Counted from the first letter of the stretch, positions 42,820 through 56,790 are shown. The stretch: 64,000 nt of DNA from Octopus sinensis (GCF_006345805.1 NC_043001.1:78864001-78928000); one strand, 5' to 3'. The notes: generated from the sequence alone by a model not told the origin. Program-made: numbers and translations.

Positions 42820-43462
42820 TACCTGAAAAAAGGAGCAGTTCAGAATAAAGCGTTTAGAACAAATATGTCTAAGCGGAGGCGGTGAGTGAGTATTAGAACA
42901 AATTATCTCAAAATGGCCTAAGTCGATTCAGAAAGAAGCTTTGTCAGAAAAGGGGTTTTGAAGCTAGAAGTACGTGGTAGTATATATCATCGGGTTAAAA
43001 GAGTGCTTGAGTAGGAGAAATGTAATATTTTATGAGAATTTCCAATTCAAATGGATGAGAAGGAAGAAACTAATGATCCAGATTTAACCATAATATACTA
43101 GGAAGAGCGAAGTTGCTACTGATTATCCACTTGATTTAAGGATTGTAAGGAAAGAAGGCCAGCATTAAAACAATACAATCCCTTAATGTTTGAAATTGCG
43201 ACCATTTGGAAAATGAAAATTGTAAAGGCTATGTCTGTAATAATAGGTCCGTTAAAGACGGTGAGTAATGATATAGACAAATGGTTGAAGAAGATCGTAG
43301 AACATCCATTGAAAGTTTGCTCTTAGGAAGAGAAAAGATTATCAGAACAGCTTCGAACACTTCAAAGATTATTGAACCTTGTTGATATCGAAGGTTACAA
43401 GTAGTAGCACGCTACCGACATATATTGTACCATGAATAAGACCAAACCTAAGACAAATCGAA
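42820..43462 (+). mobile_element. Old, highly decayed RLE-type LINE 3' fragment
   Basis: Remnants such as YNPLMFEIATIWKMKIVKAMSVIIGPLKTVSNDIDKWLKKI. Preceded by (AAT)/(GAT)n (42650-42820) and followed by AATAATAATAAT. Confidence 0.55.
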
Positions 43463-43477
43463 TAATAATAATGATAA

Positions 43478-44002
43478 CGGCTCTCATGCCTTCTGATCTT
43501 AACTAATTTGAAGTGTTATCCTGTACATGTTTTGTCTTGGTATAAAAGATGAACTATAGCAAATATTCTGCTCAATACCATAGATTTGCTTGACAGTTGT
43601 TTTACCTTAACCAGTTGAGCATGTCCCTCCGTAGCTGCCGATATGTGCATCTCTGATCACGAGCAGAAGTAGTTGGGGAGCATCATAGCCATATGTTGAG
43701 AGGAATTTTTTGAAGTTTGAATAACTCACCTCTGGGAACATGTGTGTTTCGTTCAACATCCTTAAACAGCCTTTATTCATGAATCTTTTGAGTGGGATGG
43801 GCTACGCGACCTGCAAAAAATTCTAATTGGGCTACACTTACAAGGTTATGCACTGTTTATAATGATATGAGGTCCCCATGTTGCGTATATATGGTTGTGA
43901 TGCATGTACCTGGTGTATCTTTATCAGACGGGTAGTCATGATGAGTATACTGGACTTCGTATATTTTACCAGTGACACTTTGATGGCATGCAATGCTCTC
44001 TC

Positions 44003-44003
<1 letters not shown>
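43478..44003 (+). mobile_element. About 520-bp non-coding interspersed repeat ending in (AAT)n (probable non-LTR 3' region or dependent SINE)
   Basis: Starts right after the AAT tail of the preceding LINE and ends in (AAT)n at 44004; no ORF. Family status rests on recalled resemblance to an abundant octopus repeat, with no second copy in this window. Confidence 0.4.
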
Positions 44004-44062
<59 letters not shown>

Positions 44063-44293
44063 AAGAAGAAGAAGAAAGAATAATAATGATGGTGATGGTG
44101 ATGGTGGTGATAATTATAATGACGACTATATAGTAGGAGTAGTAGTAATGGAATTAGCAGCAGAAGTAGCAGTACAGTGGTAGTAGTGGAGGTAGTAGTA
44201 GCAGTAGTAATAGTGGATGCAGTGGTAGCAGCAGCAGTGGTAGTAGTAGTAGTAGTAGTAGTAGTAGTAACATTAGTGGTAATAGTGGTAGTG

Positions 44294-44340
<47 letters not shown>

Positions 44341-44552
44341 TGCAGCAACTGCAGGTGTACCCATTCATTTACTTCAATAATTGTTAATTCTGTGGACAAA
44401 ACCAGCCCCAAAGGTTAATATGGTGTCGAGATCATTTCAATATTATTGTTGTTATGGCTAATATTTTACATGTCATTAGATGTTGTGTTGTTGACAACGG
44501 AGGTTTCAACCTCAATGTATAGTTACATTTCTTTCTTCCACTTTTCCATCAT

Positions 44553-44593
<41 letters not shown>

Positions 44594-44827
44594 TCAGCGT
44601 CGTCGTCGTCATCGTTGTCGTAGTCGTCGTCATCATCATTGTCCTCGTCGTCTTCATCGTCATTGCTATTATTACAGTTGTTATTTTCATTAATATTATT
44701 GTTGGTTTGTTGTTGTTTTTGCAATTGTTATTATTATCATTGCAGTTATTGTTTTTTATTAATATTTTCATTACTATCAATATTGTGGTTTACATTCTAG
44801 CTTTTATTGTTGTTGCTGCTGTATTAT

Positions 44828-44906
<79 letters not shown>

Positions 44907-44942
44907 ATTATTTTATTATTATTATTATTATTATTATAATTA

Positions 44943-44977
<35 letters not shown>

Positions 44978-45081
44978 TATTATTATAGTAGTAGTAGTAG
45001 TAGTAGTTACTGCTGTTGTTTTTGTTGTTGCTCTTCTTCTTCTTCTTCTTCTTCTACCTATCATCATCATTATTATTATTA

Positions 45082-45160
<79 letters not shown>

Positions 45161-45190
45161 TAGTCGTGGTTGCTGTTGTTGTTGTTGTTG
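44004..45190. repeat. AAT/AGT/ATC/ATT compound microsatellite field
   Basis: Directly visible; includes (AAT)n abutting (ATT)n at ~44860. Confidence 0.95.
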
Positions 45191-45530
45191 ATGCCGTGTA
45201 TATTTTCCTATTTCATCGATAATAGGTTTTGGTGTAATGTTTCATATTCTCTATATCTTCTGTGAGTTTTGTAAAAAGAAAATGCAATCAATTGATGCTA
45301 TGTCACATTAATATTGTGTGTGTCTATATAAACGAATTCCTTTAGTGTATGAAATGATGTATACAGGATTAGGATTATTATTTATATGTATTTACATGCA
45401 ACGCCCTGTGTTTCATCATATACGCTCAGTAGATATATATAAATAGATACACACGCACATATATATATGTGTGTGTTGACATATACGTGTACATCTATTG
45501 GGATTTTTTGTCATAGATATTATGTATATG

Positions 45531-45595
<65 letters not shown>

Positions 45596-45892
45596 GTATA
45601 TATATATATTATAAATCTATCAATCTATCTGTCTGTCGGTCTATCTATATCTATCTATATGCGTATTTATAATTATTGGAGAGAACGCACCAGTGTATAC
45701 ATGCATGACTTGTATACACTCAAGCATGTATGTAAATATTTGTAAGAGGATTAGAGACACAACACAGACGTAAACATATTTGTGTATACATACACACACA
45801 CACATATATGTATATGTATGTATATATATATATTTCTATATAAATGTGTATATATATAATATATGGACATTCATGTCCATATATATTCATAC

Positions 45893-45929
<37 letters not shown>

Positions 45930-46815
45930 ACACAAAGTATTAATTACGTATATGTATGTGTATATGTGTATTCCTATGATTAGTTACAATAATGGTGATA
46001 TCGATAGTGGTATCAGTACTTATTTTTTCTTTAAGAAAGAACAGAATGAGTCCTGATGGAAGAACATACAATCTAATTAATGTTGTCTGCCCTTAAGGGA
46101 ATTCATTCATACTATAAATGCACACACATGTAAACAAACGCATACGTACTTATACACATTGTATACAGACACACTCACAGCGGCATAACCGAATGCATTA
46201 ATTTAATACCTTGACATTGATGCTCCCTCATCTTGGTGTTGTTACATTTAATCATCTGCTTTCTACATTTGTGTTGCTGTCATTGTTGCTATGTTCCAGC
46301 TCCCATCAAGGGATTTGTAGCATTAGCAGGAGATGAAATCTTAACGTTTCCTCATGATACTTCAGAATTATTTTACATCAACCGGAGAATGTTATACTGT
46401 CAGTTATATTTGGGTTTGCCATTGCAATTTCCACTTTTTTATTCCCTTTCCTTATGCAGTTCCTGTTGTTTTTGTGAACTTTTTGTTACTTATTTTTCCT
46501 TCTTTATATTTCATAGTGTCCCTGGGCAAGAGACTTCGCATATAGTTAAGAAGAAAACTGACCAAACATCTGACACTCCTATAAGGCTTTGTTTGTATTT
46601 TCAGATGCATATACGCATATATATATATATATAAATATATATGTTTGTGTGTGTGTGTGTGCGTATATATATATATATGTGTGTGTGTGTATGTGTGCGT
46701 GTGCGTGTCTCCCTATATATACATACAATTATGTATGTGTTTAAATATTTTACTCACGCGCACACATTTATTTATTTACTAATGGATATATATTCCTACA
46801 TATAAATCATATATG

Positions 46816-46851
<36 letters not shown>

Positions 46852-47256
46852 ATATGAGAAAGATTACCTGATAGGTTGATTGATAGGGAAAGCGCGTACG
46901 CGCTTAAGAGGGATTTAATATCTAATTAATCTAGCTTAATATCTTTGAATAAATATATTTTCCTTATTATCTGAACAGTTTCATACTACTACCCTACATA
47001 CCAACAACAACACCAAACGAAGCAATATATCGTATACGAAGTAATAATACTTTCTTAGTCGCTCGCCTGTTTGGAAATACCAGCCAAATCACACGTTATT
47101 GCTTTAATATCGAAGAAGGCATTTGGCTATGACTGGATAATCTCGACTTGAGTACCTTTCACCATACCTCTGCTGGTACAGCGATGATTGCTGGGAAATA
47201 ACAAGAGCAACGCCAACGCCTAAACTGCTCACAAGCGTGTTTCTCTATCTTCATAG

Positions 47257-47331
47257 GCCCCAAAACGGCGTGCATTCTCTCCTGATGACCCCATACACTT
47301 GCCGGCTTCCGTTATGCGGATTTCTCGACTG
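47257..47331 (+). CDS. Candidate exon: APKRRAFSPDDPIHLPASVMRISRL (phase 0), or terminal GPKTACILS* (phase 1)
   Basis: Acceptor GTTTCTCTATCTTCATAG, GC-rich island, CTG|GTAGCA donor. Confidence 0.3.
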
Positions 47332-47592
47332 GTAGCACTTGCACGTGCAAGTTGCTTGCTAGACATTGTTCATCAATAATAGGTTATATTGACATTAAAA
47401 CGGTGTCTATTAAGAAATTTCACACTGGTTTAAACGATGAGGTACATAAATTTGTTTCCACATATATTTAGTTATGCAGATCCGCAGGAAAATCCGTTGA
47501 CGTACAGTTCATCATATCCATTTTCGTATGTCTCGTATGAAGAGGATATTTCTTAACCTCAATGAGAAATTTTAGTGACAGTGAACTAAAAC

Positions 47593-47630
<38 letters not shown>

Positions 47631-48379
47631 CCATCATCACAGTAATAAAAACAATCGTTGCTGCCGGAGGCACGAGTCTCAGTCAGAGTTTCATGTAACC
47701 GCTCATTCAAATTAACCGACATATTTGTGGAGTATAAAACTTTAAGACGCAGCGAGAGACATCCTAGAGTGAAAATAGAAGCTTTAGATTTTTGAAAAAA
47801 TGTGAAAGGTGAAAAATACGAAGAGTGTGAAAGGGAACAGATAAACGAAACGATCCACAATGGCAAGAGTGAGATGAGAGCTATTTGTTCAGTATTTGAA
47901 AGCAACTGAAAGAAAAATTCCTGTATTAATTGACGTCACAGAAAATAGAACAGAAGTGAGTTTGGCTGATGGAAGAAAGGAAGAAATAATTAAATAAAGG
48001 AACTTTAGACAAAATTACAACCGTATTCCTTAAACTTAAACATATATTCATCTTGACCTTCCAAATCTCCAAAACTCATGCATATACACACGCACACTTG
48101 TATATACACATACTTACGTCACGCAATCTAATTATAAACATCAATATAAACATTACTCCTGTCACTTTTCAATTTAAGGAATAGAAATTTTGTCACTTAG
48201 ATTTATTCAAAAGATTTTAAATTGAAAAATTCAATGGAATGAATCGACCAGTGATATATATTCAATGCGGAGCTTGATTTAATATCACATCCTCTCTTTC
48301 CCAACTTCGCGTTAAATTTCCTTTTCCTATATCTTCCATTCTTAATCTCTGTATCCGTTTCTCACTCTCTCTCTCTCTC

Positions 48380-48426
<47 letters not shown>

Positions 48427-48590
48427 ATCTCTCTCTGCCTGGGGATCTCACTCTCTCCCTCTCTCTCGCTGAATGTGTTTGTGTGGTTTGTTATCTGCTT
48501 CTGTTGCTCAATCAAATTCTGTATCCCATTTTAAATGTATCGATGCTGTTATCTAATAGATTTTCGTTTTATATTTTTATTTACAAATAG

Positions 48591-48647
48591 GAAGCTATGA
48601 AGAAGAAGCAGAATTCAAGAGAAACGTTACCATATTATGCGAGTTGA
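48591..48647 (+). CDS. Candidate terminal exon: EAMKKKQNSRETLPYYAS*
   Basis: Acceptor TTTTTATTTACAAATAG, purine-rich open frame, AATAAA at 48820. The phase-1 frame (SYEEEAEFKRNVTILCELTELE*) is also open. Confidence 0.3.
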   Translation, partial: EAMKKKQNSRETLPYYAS

Positions 48648-50204
48648 CTGAATTAGAATGAAACCTTTGAATAATACTAAGCAGGAATTTGATCTTTAGA
48701 AATAGGACTTGAAATATTTACAAATAGATCTTAAAATGCCACAATGCTAGATTTTTGTAGAGAAGGGGCTCTGCTGTCTGAATGGATATAAAAATCTCTT
48801 AAAATAATCTCCAGTGACTAATAAAGCGTAAGCCCTACCATCACACATATATACCTCAATAAATTGAACAAATAACCTTCCAAACTTAATTCACTCTTCA
48901 CCTCCTACTGCGTTCTTTCTTCCCGTCTCTACCCTGTACATATGACATAGTACACAGCACCTCACATGTTACGATCTTTCCCAAACGGTAATAACTAGAA
49001 GCAAATAAGCGGCACGTAACATCCTAAAGAAAACTGTTCGCAATCAATCCAAACATACAGACTTGATAACAAAGCTTATGAAAAATTCACATAAATCAAT
49101 GAAATAATCATGTCCTCGTTCATAATAATCCCGAGTAATATCAGTTGAAGAAAATTGTCGTGTCACGTCATCCGTTAAATAAAGTTCGTCAACGCTTTCA
49201 TATATAACAATGATACACTAGAAAGTAACTGATTCAAGGCAATATTATATATACATACTCCTGACCCAGCCAACCAATAATTAAGAAAGACGCAATAATA
49301 TCTTGTCACACCTCCATTTTCTCATTAATTCCAACATAACTAAAATGCCCCAAGCTTATTAAATATAGATTTGCTCATTAATAACTTATACAAAAGTATT
49401 TTATAGAACTAAACTAAAACTGACTTAGAGCTGCAATATTATTTTGAAGAAATTAATATAAAGTATAACGATATACTAACTCATGTTATGCTCGCTAGCA
49501 GAAACAAAAATATATAAATTGAAAACTGGTGCCGGTTTGTTTTTGTCCCAGTACACTTAGCAATTTGACAATAGAAACCGATAGAATGAGTGCTAGATTT
49601 AAAATATGAATATTGAGGGTGATTTACTGGACTAAAACTCTTCAAGGTAGTGCTCCAGTATGGTTGCAATCAAATGCTCGAAACAGATAAAAAATAAAAA
49701 AAAGAAGTTATACTATTAGTCGGTCACACAAATCTGAAGCGATTGCCAGCAAGAGGAGAGCCACAGCCATCGATTCATGGTGAATTTAAATAAATGAAAT
49801 TCAACCATTCTACTACTTCTATAAATAGAGAAAAACGTTATGCAAAAGACTATCTCGTTACGTTTGGATTCTGAAAGAATGTACAACGGTAATCAACATT
49901 ATGTAGATTCTTCGAAAAGTAAATTATGCAGAAATGAAATAAATCTGGTTCGCTTCTATAACAACTTAATATTCAGAAACTTCAATAACTCGAAATTGCA
50001 ACTACTTAAATATCCGGACGGGTATATTGGTTAGTACGGTTCGTTCGATAACTATTTTCGGAAACGATGCAAGATTGTGATGACCAAATGGAAAAGTGTA
50101 ATACCAGACTATTTACTAGAATCCTATGTACTCTCTCTTTCTCTCTCCCTGAACATACACACACACTCATTCTTTACACATACACACATACACATACATA
50201 CACA

Positions 50205-50375
50205 CACAGGCGCTGAATTGTCAGTTTGGTAAGAAGTTTGCTCCCTAACCAAATGCATCTGGATTCAACCCAACTATGTACCACCGCGATTAAACATCTT
50301 CTACATGAATCTCAGGACGACCCACTTCTGAGTGGATCTGATAGATGGAAAGTGAAATAAGTCAGTCGTATATTA
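50205..50375 (+). mobile_element. SINE family B head, degenerate
   Basis: AGGCGC...TTTGGTAAGAAGTTTGCT...GATAGATGGAAAGTGAAATAAGTCAGTCG. Confidence 0.55.
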
Positions 50376-50914
50376 GAGATATACATATGTGTAATATATT
50401 TTATAGACAGGAAACACTAAATATTTCACATCGTATTTTATGCTTTCTAAAATATCCTACGCCTACGAAATTTTTTCTGTGTCAAAGATAAAAGAGAATT
50501 AGAAAACAAAATATGAATACAAAAGATAAAAATACTTTCTCTTAATTTCTAAAGTGATTAGAAATCAATTCTGTGCACCTTCCTTTCCTAAAATCAATTC
50601 CTAGACCATATCGTATTTCACGAAGTGTCGACATAATGTGCGAACAAACAGTTAGAAAGTGCTATATGAAGAAACCTCAATTTTTCTATCTGTCCCAATT
50701 CCTCTCGTGCCCATGCTTATTTACGTCCATAAAATAATGTAGATAAACAACTAAAATCTGAGAGACACCTGAAGCTGACCTGTATTTCGTAACCGTAGCT
50801 GACTGAATGATCGACCGATCGATTAATGAAACAACCGATCAAATTAATCAAATCAATTAAACAGCAGATTTGTTATTTAGTGAAATAGTTGAGCAATTGA
50901 CGAATAAATAATGA

Positions 50915-51125
50915 TTTCAAATTTTGGCAAGGGCCAGCATTTTTGATGGGAGGGGGAGTCAAGTACATTGATCCCAGTACTTTACTAGTGCTTATTTTGT
51001 CAAGCTCGAAAGAAGGAGGCAAAGTCGACTTCAGCTGCATTTGAACTCGGAGAGTAAAGCCGAACGAAATGCCTCTAATTATTTCACCTACCGGTGAAAC
51101 AATCCTGCCACTTCACTACCTTTAT
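50915..51125 (-). mobile_element. SINE family A
   Basis: TTTCAAATTTTGGCAAGGGCC...GGCAAAGTCGACTTCAGC...TTTGAACTCGG. Confidence 0.75.
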
Positions 51126-51649
51126 TGACAAATATATATTTAAAAAAATGAAGAAACCAACTCATTCATTTTTGAGAGAATTACCCTCCCTACATAAAAA
51201 AAAACATAAATAAAATGAAAATGTTCAAGTATACCTCCAAGTCTCACCTGAACAAGATATCAAATGGCCTTTCTTGGTAGGTCCACAAAGGAATTTGACG
51301 AATAATAATGTTTGGATGTAAATTTTAGTGAAGGTTTTACGTCATGTGAAAACGTAGAGTCAGTAGTTCAAGACAATATTTTATTGGATGGAGAAGACAA
51401 GAGAAGACAAAAATAGTTTGAAAGAGAGAATGGGTCGTAGCAAGAGAATGGCCGGTGATCTGTCATGGCAGTTAAAAGGTGAAGAAAGGTGGAAAGCAAG
51501 ACAGATACGAAAAAAGGAAATTTTACCTTACGAAAGTAGGAAATATAAAAAAAGACGTAACTGAACCATAAATAGAATTTGAATGCATTTCATATTGTCT
51601 TCAAGGTTTTTATCACAGGTTAGTATTTGAACGCCTTTATATATATATA

Positions 51650-51721
<72 letters not shown>

Positions 51722-51898
51722 GTGTGTATCTGTGTGTATTTGTATGCGTGCGTGTGTGATAAAGTATATGTGCAACTATGCCCTTGTCTGAGTGTGTATA
51801 GCGAGACTAACGACGCTGTTTCGTTGACAATGAAAATGATCGTAGCCATCGATGTCGTTCACTAAATTGGTAGTCGTTTGGAGTGACTATTGTGGACA

Positions 51899-51957
<59 letters not shown>

Positions 51958-52289
51958 TATGTGTGTGTGTATCTGTATGTATTTTTAATAAGAGGAAATA
52001 TATTACAGATGTAAGTATATATTTGCTTGTGACTGTGTGTGTGTATAAGTGATTGCGACTGTGCAAAATGCTATGTGTGTGTTGTGTGCTTGTTCGAACG
52101 GACAAAACCAAGTTATGGCGGCTATAACGTCTCTGGTAATATCGTTGTTATGACATGTTATTCACAATAAATATATCAATTTTATAAAAGTATCAATGAA
52201 CTTTGACAGGAACCTCTTGTTTGATAGTTAGTAGAAATATTGTGGTTTTGTAGATCAGTGTCCTATGGAAGTGCGTGTCAATCAATCAA

Positions 52290-52780
<491 letters not shown>

Positions 52781-53135
52781 CTAATATCTACAAATATCAG
52801 TGACAAAATATATCTATATATCTACGTAACAAAATATCTATCTATATGTCTAATACTATGTATATGTTTATAAATATATAATTCCTACGCTCCTACAATT
52901 CTGATAATTCCTGTTGTGTTACTCGGATTTTCATTAGATACACGTTTTGTCTACAAATAAATGTATTTTTTTAATGTGAAAATTTGAGAGTTCTAAAAAT
53001 TGCCAAGATGACGTTATAACATATCGATTTTAGTTTTTAAAACATCTCACATCGCTTTGTCGCCTTTACTCCATTTTTGTTTTGTCTAGAGGTGTCATTT
53101 CCCAACCTAGATCTCGCTTACTATAATTATTATTA

Positions 53136-53199
<64 letters not shown>

Positions 53200-53244
53200 G
53201 TTGTTGTTGTTGTTGTTGTTTTTTATATTATTACCATTGAAAAA

Positions 53245-53287
<43 letters not shown>

Positions 53288-53349
53288 TAATAATAATAAT
53301 AAGAAGAAGAAGAAGAAGAAGAACAACAACAACAACAACAACAATAATG

Positions 53350-54229
53350 TGTTAGGTGATTTGAAGTGTACCACCGAAAGCCTGATCATTGCCTCACAAG
53401 ACCAGGCTCTCGCTACCAATTCAGTGAAGTATAACATCTATAAAACTTCTGGCACCCAGAAATGCAGACTCTGTAGAAGCAGTATGGACAATGTGACCCA
53501 CTTGGTAAATGGATGTGAGAGCCTTGCACAAAAATAATACAAGCGCCGCCGTAATAAATTTTGTATCTTCATTGGCTCTTAGGCAGTAAATACCAATATG
53601 TAGAAACATAGAATTGGTATGAGCATTCACTTTTCGGGGTCGATAACTGAAGTACCAGTTACGCACTGGGGTCGATGTAATCGACTTAATACCTATGTCT
53701 GTCCCCTCTGTGTTTAGACCCTTGTGGGTAATAAAGAAATAGGTATGAGCATGCACCAAGTAAAGTTATGCAGGAGGATGGAAAAGTAACGATAATCTGG
53801 ACTATGATTTGCAGACGGATCGTGTAATCGGACACCGTCGGCCTGATATTGTCATATTTAATAAGAGAGACAAATAATGACAGATCATTGATGTAACCAT
53901 AACAAATGACATGAATATTGGGAGTTAAAGGCTACAAAGCTCACCACGTACACCGAATTAAAAGTAGAAATGGCAAGATTGTATGGAATGTGAAAGGGTA
54001 ATGTAAAAGTGACACCACTGGTGATAGGAGGTGTTGGGATCAATCCCATTGAAACTTCAAAACTTCTTAAGACAACTGGAAATCCCATACAAGATTATCT
54101 TGCAAAAAGCAATCTTATTGGGTACAGTGCACATTTTAAGGAAAGTATTATCTGTCTGCAGTCCTTGTTGTGACTTGAGAGATGACTAAAGATTCATGTG
54201 CATTTTTACCTACCCTGAGTTACTAAGGA
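53350..54229 (+). mobile_element. RLE-type LINE 3' fragment (CCHC + RLE), interrupted by a SINE insertion
   Basis: GDLKCTTESLIIASQDQALATN...CRLCRSSMDNVTHLVNGCESLAQK, then WYEH|APSKVMQEDGKVTIIW, QTDRVIGHRRPDIVIF...IID, and LLGTVHILRKVL. AAT/AAG/AAC repeats 5', (AAT)n 3'. Confidence 0.85.
53627..53741 (+). mobile_element. 5'-truncated SINE family A tail-B copy with an 11-bp TSD
   Basis: GGTATGAGCAT occurs at 53616-53626 and 53742-53752. Removing the insert and one copy restores the LINE motif NWYEHAP. Confidence 0.9.
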
Positions 54230-54255
54230 ATAATAATATAATAATAATAATAATA

Positions 54256-54297
<42 letters not shown>

Positions 54298-54307
54298 TAA
54301 TAATAAT

Positions 54308-54432
54308 CCTACGCAGAACACTTTCCATACAATAACTATCAGAGCATCACAACAAATCACAGCACATACCCAAGGCACACAGAGCTGCGCTCGGTAGTGA
54401 AGTGAATGCACGCTATAAAAATAAAACTACGG
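54308..54432 (+). mobile_element. Ultra-short (~125 bp) 3'-terminal copy of the 9509-9930 LINE family
   Basis: Near-identical to 9805-9930 (TACGCAGAACA...CAGAGCATCACAACAAATCACAGCACATACCCAAG...GCGCTCGGTAGTGAAGTGAA...ATAAAACTAC); (AAT)n on both sides. Confidence 0.85.
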
Positions 54433-54457
54433 AATAATAATAATAATAATATTAATG

Positions 54458-54514
<57 letters not shown>

Positions 54515-55319
54515 GCAACAAAAACGACATCGACGACGAGGTTGATCATGAGGATATTGATGATGTTATTTGTGCGTGGAAGCGAAGAACGCTCTTGTTC
54601 GTGGCTCATAAGTTTTGTTTAAAACTGAGACTGAATTCTGAGATTTCAAATTACAAATTTAATATCTCAAAATAAAAAGATAAAAAATATATCTTCCCAA
54701 ATCGAGGAAAGCGAAGGTTGCTGGAACAACCGCTATATTGTTTTCCCAACGCTAGTTGATTTGGTCGAGAAACGAATCACAGACAGCAGAAGCAACGCCA
54801 CCAACAAAACCATCAACAGTAAAGTTAGCAATAACAATAAAAGCAGCAGCAGCGGCGATGAGCAAGATATATTTTATATCTAAAGTGACGCAAGCACGAC
54901 GTCCAGCATCGTCCCCACCACCGCCACCATCGCTAATACCATCACCATCACCATTAACATTAACAATGTCAAAAGCGACCATTCTTTTTTCTAAATAAAA
55001 TGGTAACTCTTTTGCACAAGTCAGTCGCAAAAGGTTCAATGTTAGCAAAATAAAGAGGCGAGTCACGCAAAGATGCACTTAACAGAAATACCGTCATATC
55101 CTCCGGCTTTCTACGACGTTATTGGACGACTTAGAACTGCCTCTCTAGATGTCAAGCTGCAGGCACACTGACTTTTCTCCCTTAATTTTTGCTCCTGTCA
55201 CCGCCTCGTATACGTTCAGAAGTGCCCACCAACTAATACCGTCACCACCACCATAAACATTAACAAAATCTCAACAGCGACCGTTCTTATTTGGATACAA
55301 AGTGGAAACTTCTTCGTTA

Positions 55320-56089
55320 TACGTTAATTGCGAAATCACAGGTGACCTGGAACTAAATTCTTTTTCTAAATGTCTTGCTTTGAGAAATGCATTCGGTAAG
55401 ATCCGTTTATGTTTAGTAGTATTGACTTTGAAGGTCCCTCCTAGCGTGTGGCATTAATGTGTAATAATGCCCTCTATATAATATAAGTAAATATTTTCAA
55501 GTGAAAAAGTTTTCAGATTTTTTCTCTTATGAGGTTTTTCACGCTAACTACCTGTTAATTTCTTAAGATTTCTTTTCAAGATTTTATCCTTAATTGTTAA
55601 ATTTGTTCCGATGAAACACGTTTCTTCCCGAAATGCATTTCGGAAAAGCCAGCCATTTACATAAATATATGATGAATTAACATTTCCACGTGCTACGATG
55701 GACTCAACGGTTGTCTGTTTGGTTCCGCCCGGTAGGTCGCTTTTGTTTATTTATGATATGTTTTGAATATGTTTCACTGATGAACAAAAGACGTAGATGA
55801 TACGTTAATTGCGAAATCACAGGTGATCTGGAACTAAATTCTTTTTTCTAAATGTCTTGCTTTGAGAAATGCATTCGGTAAGATCCGTTTATGTTTGGTA
55901 GTATTGACTTTGAAGGTCCCTCCTAGCGTGTGGCATTAATGTGTAATAATGCCCTCTATATAATATAAATAAATATTTTCAAATGAAAAAATTTTCAGAA
56001 TTTTTCTCTTATGTGGTTTTTCACGCTAACTACCTGATAATTTCTTGTTAAGATTTATTTTCAAGATTTTATCCTTAATTGTTACATTT
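55320..56089 (+). repeat. Local direct duplication of ~285 bp (55320-55604 and 55801-56089)
   Basis: Both copies start TACGTTAATTGCGAAATCACAGGTGA and end AGATTTTATCCTTAATTGTTA; roughly 95% identical by eye; 481-bp period. Confidence 0.9.
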
Positions 56090-56639
56090 ATATATATATA
56101 TATATAAATGTATGTATGAGATGATAGAGAAGAAAAAGAATGAAAAGAAAGCAGAAAGCAATACAATGTTGAAAAGGGATATATAGTGTTTTAACCGAAA
56201 TAAGACTTCTTTCTATTTCATTCAAACTCGATGTTTGAAGTTAACGAGTTAACACGCAGAAATACATTAAACATTTTACATAGATATCCGGTATTAAACA
56301 TCAGCAAAGGATGTAAGTTCGATTGCAATCAGATGCGAGATACAACTTATGTAATGAAGAATAATGTAAATATGCTAATTAACCGAGTAAACGTTTGTAA
56401 ACTTGATGAGCATTAATTGCTAAAGAGATATTTATGATAATGAAAACGGAGAAAGACGAAACGAGGGAGGGAGAGAAGGGGAAGGAGAAAAGAAAAAAGT
56501 TGTTGATGTTCATGATGATTGTGATAATGGTGATGACGATGTTGATGATGATGATGATGATGATGAGGAGGAGGAGGAGAAGGAGGAGGAGGGGAGGTGA
56601 AACGATGTAAGAAGACGTTGACGATGATGATGACACGTC

Positions 56640-56790
56640 TGTCTTCATTTCTGAATTAAAATTTTACCTAAGTCACCTTTGCCTTTCATCCTTTCCGGGT
56701 CAATAAAATAAGCACCAGGCAATTCCTGGGGTCGATGTAATCGACTTACTCTATCCCCAAAAGTTCAGGCCTCGTGCCTGTAGTAGAAAA

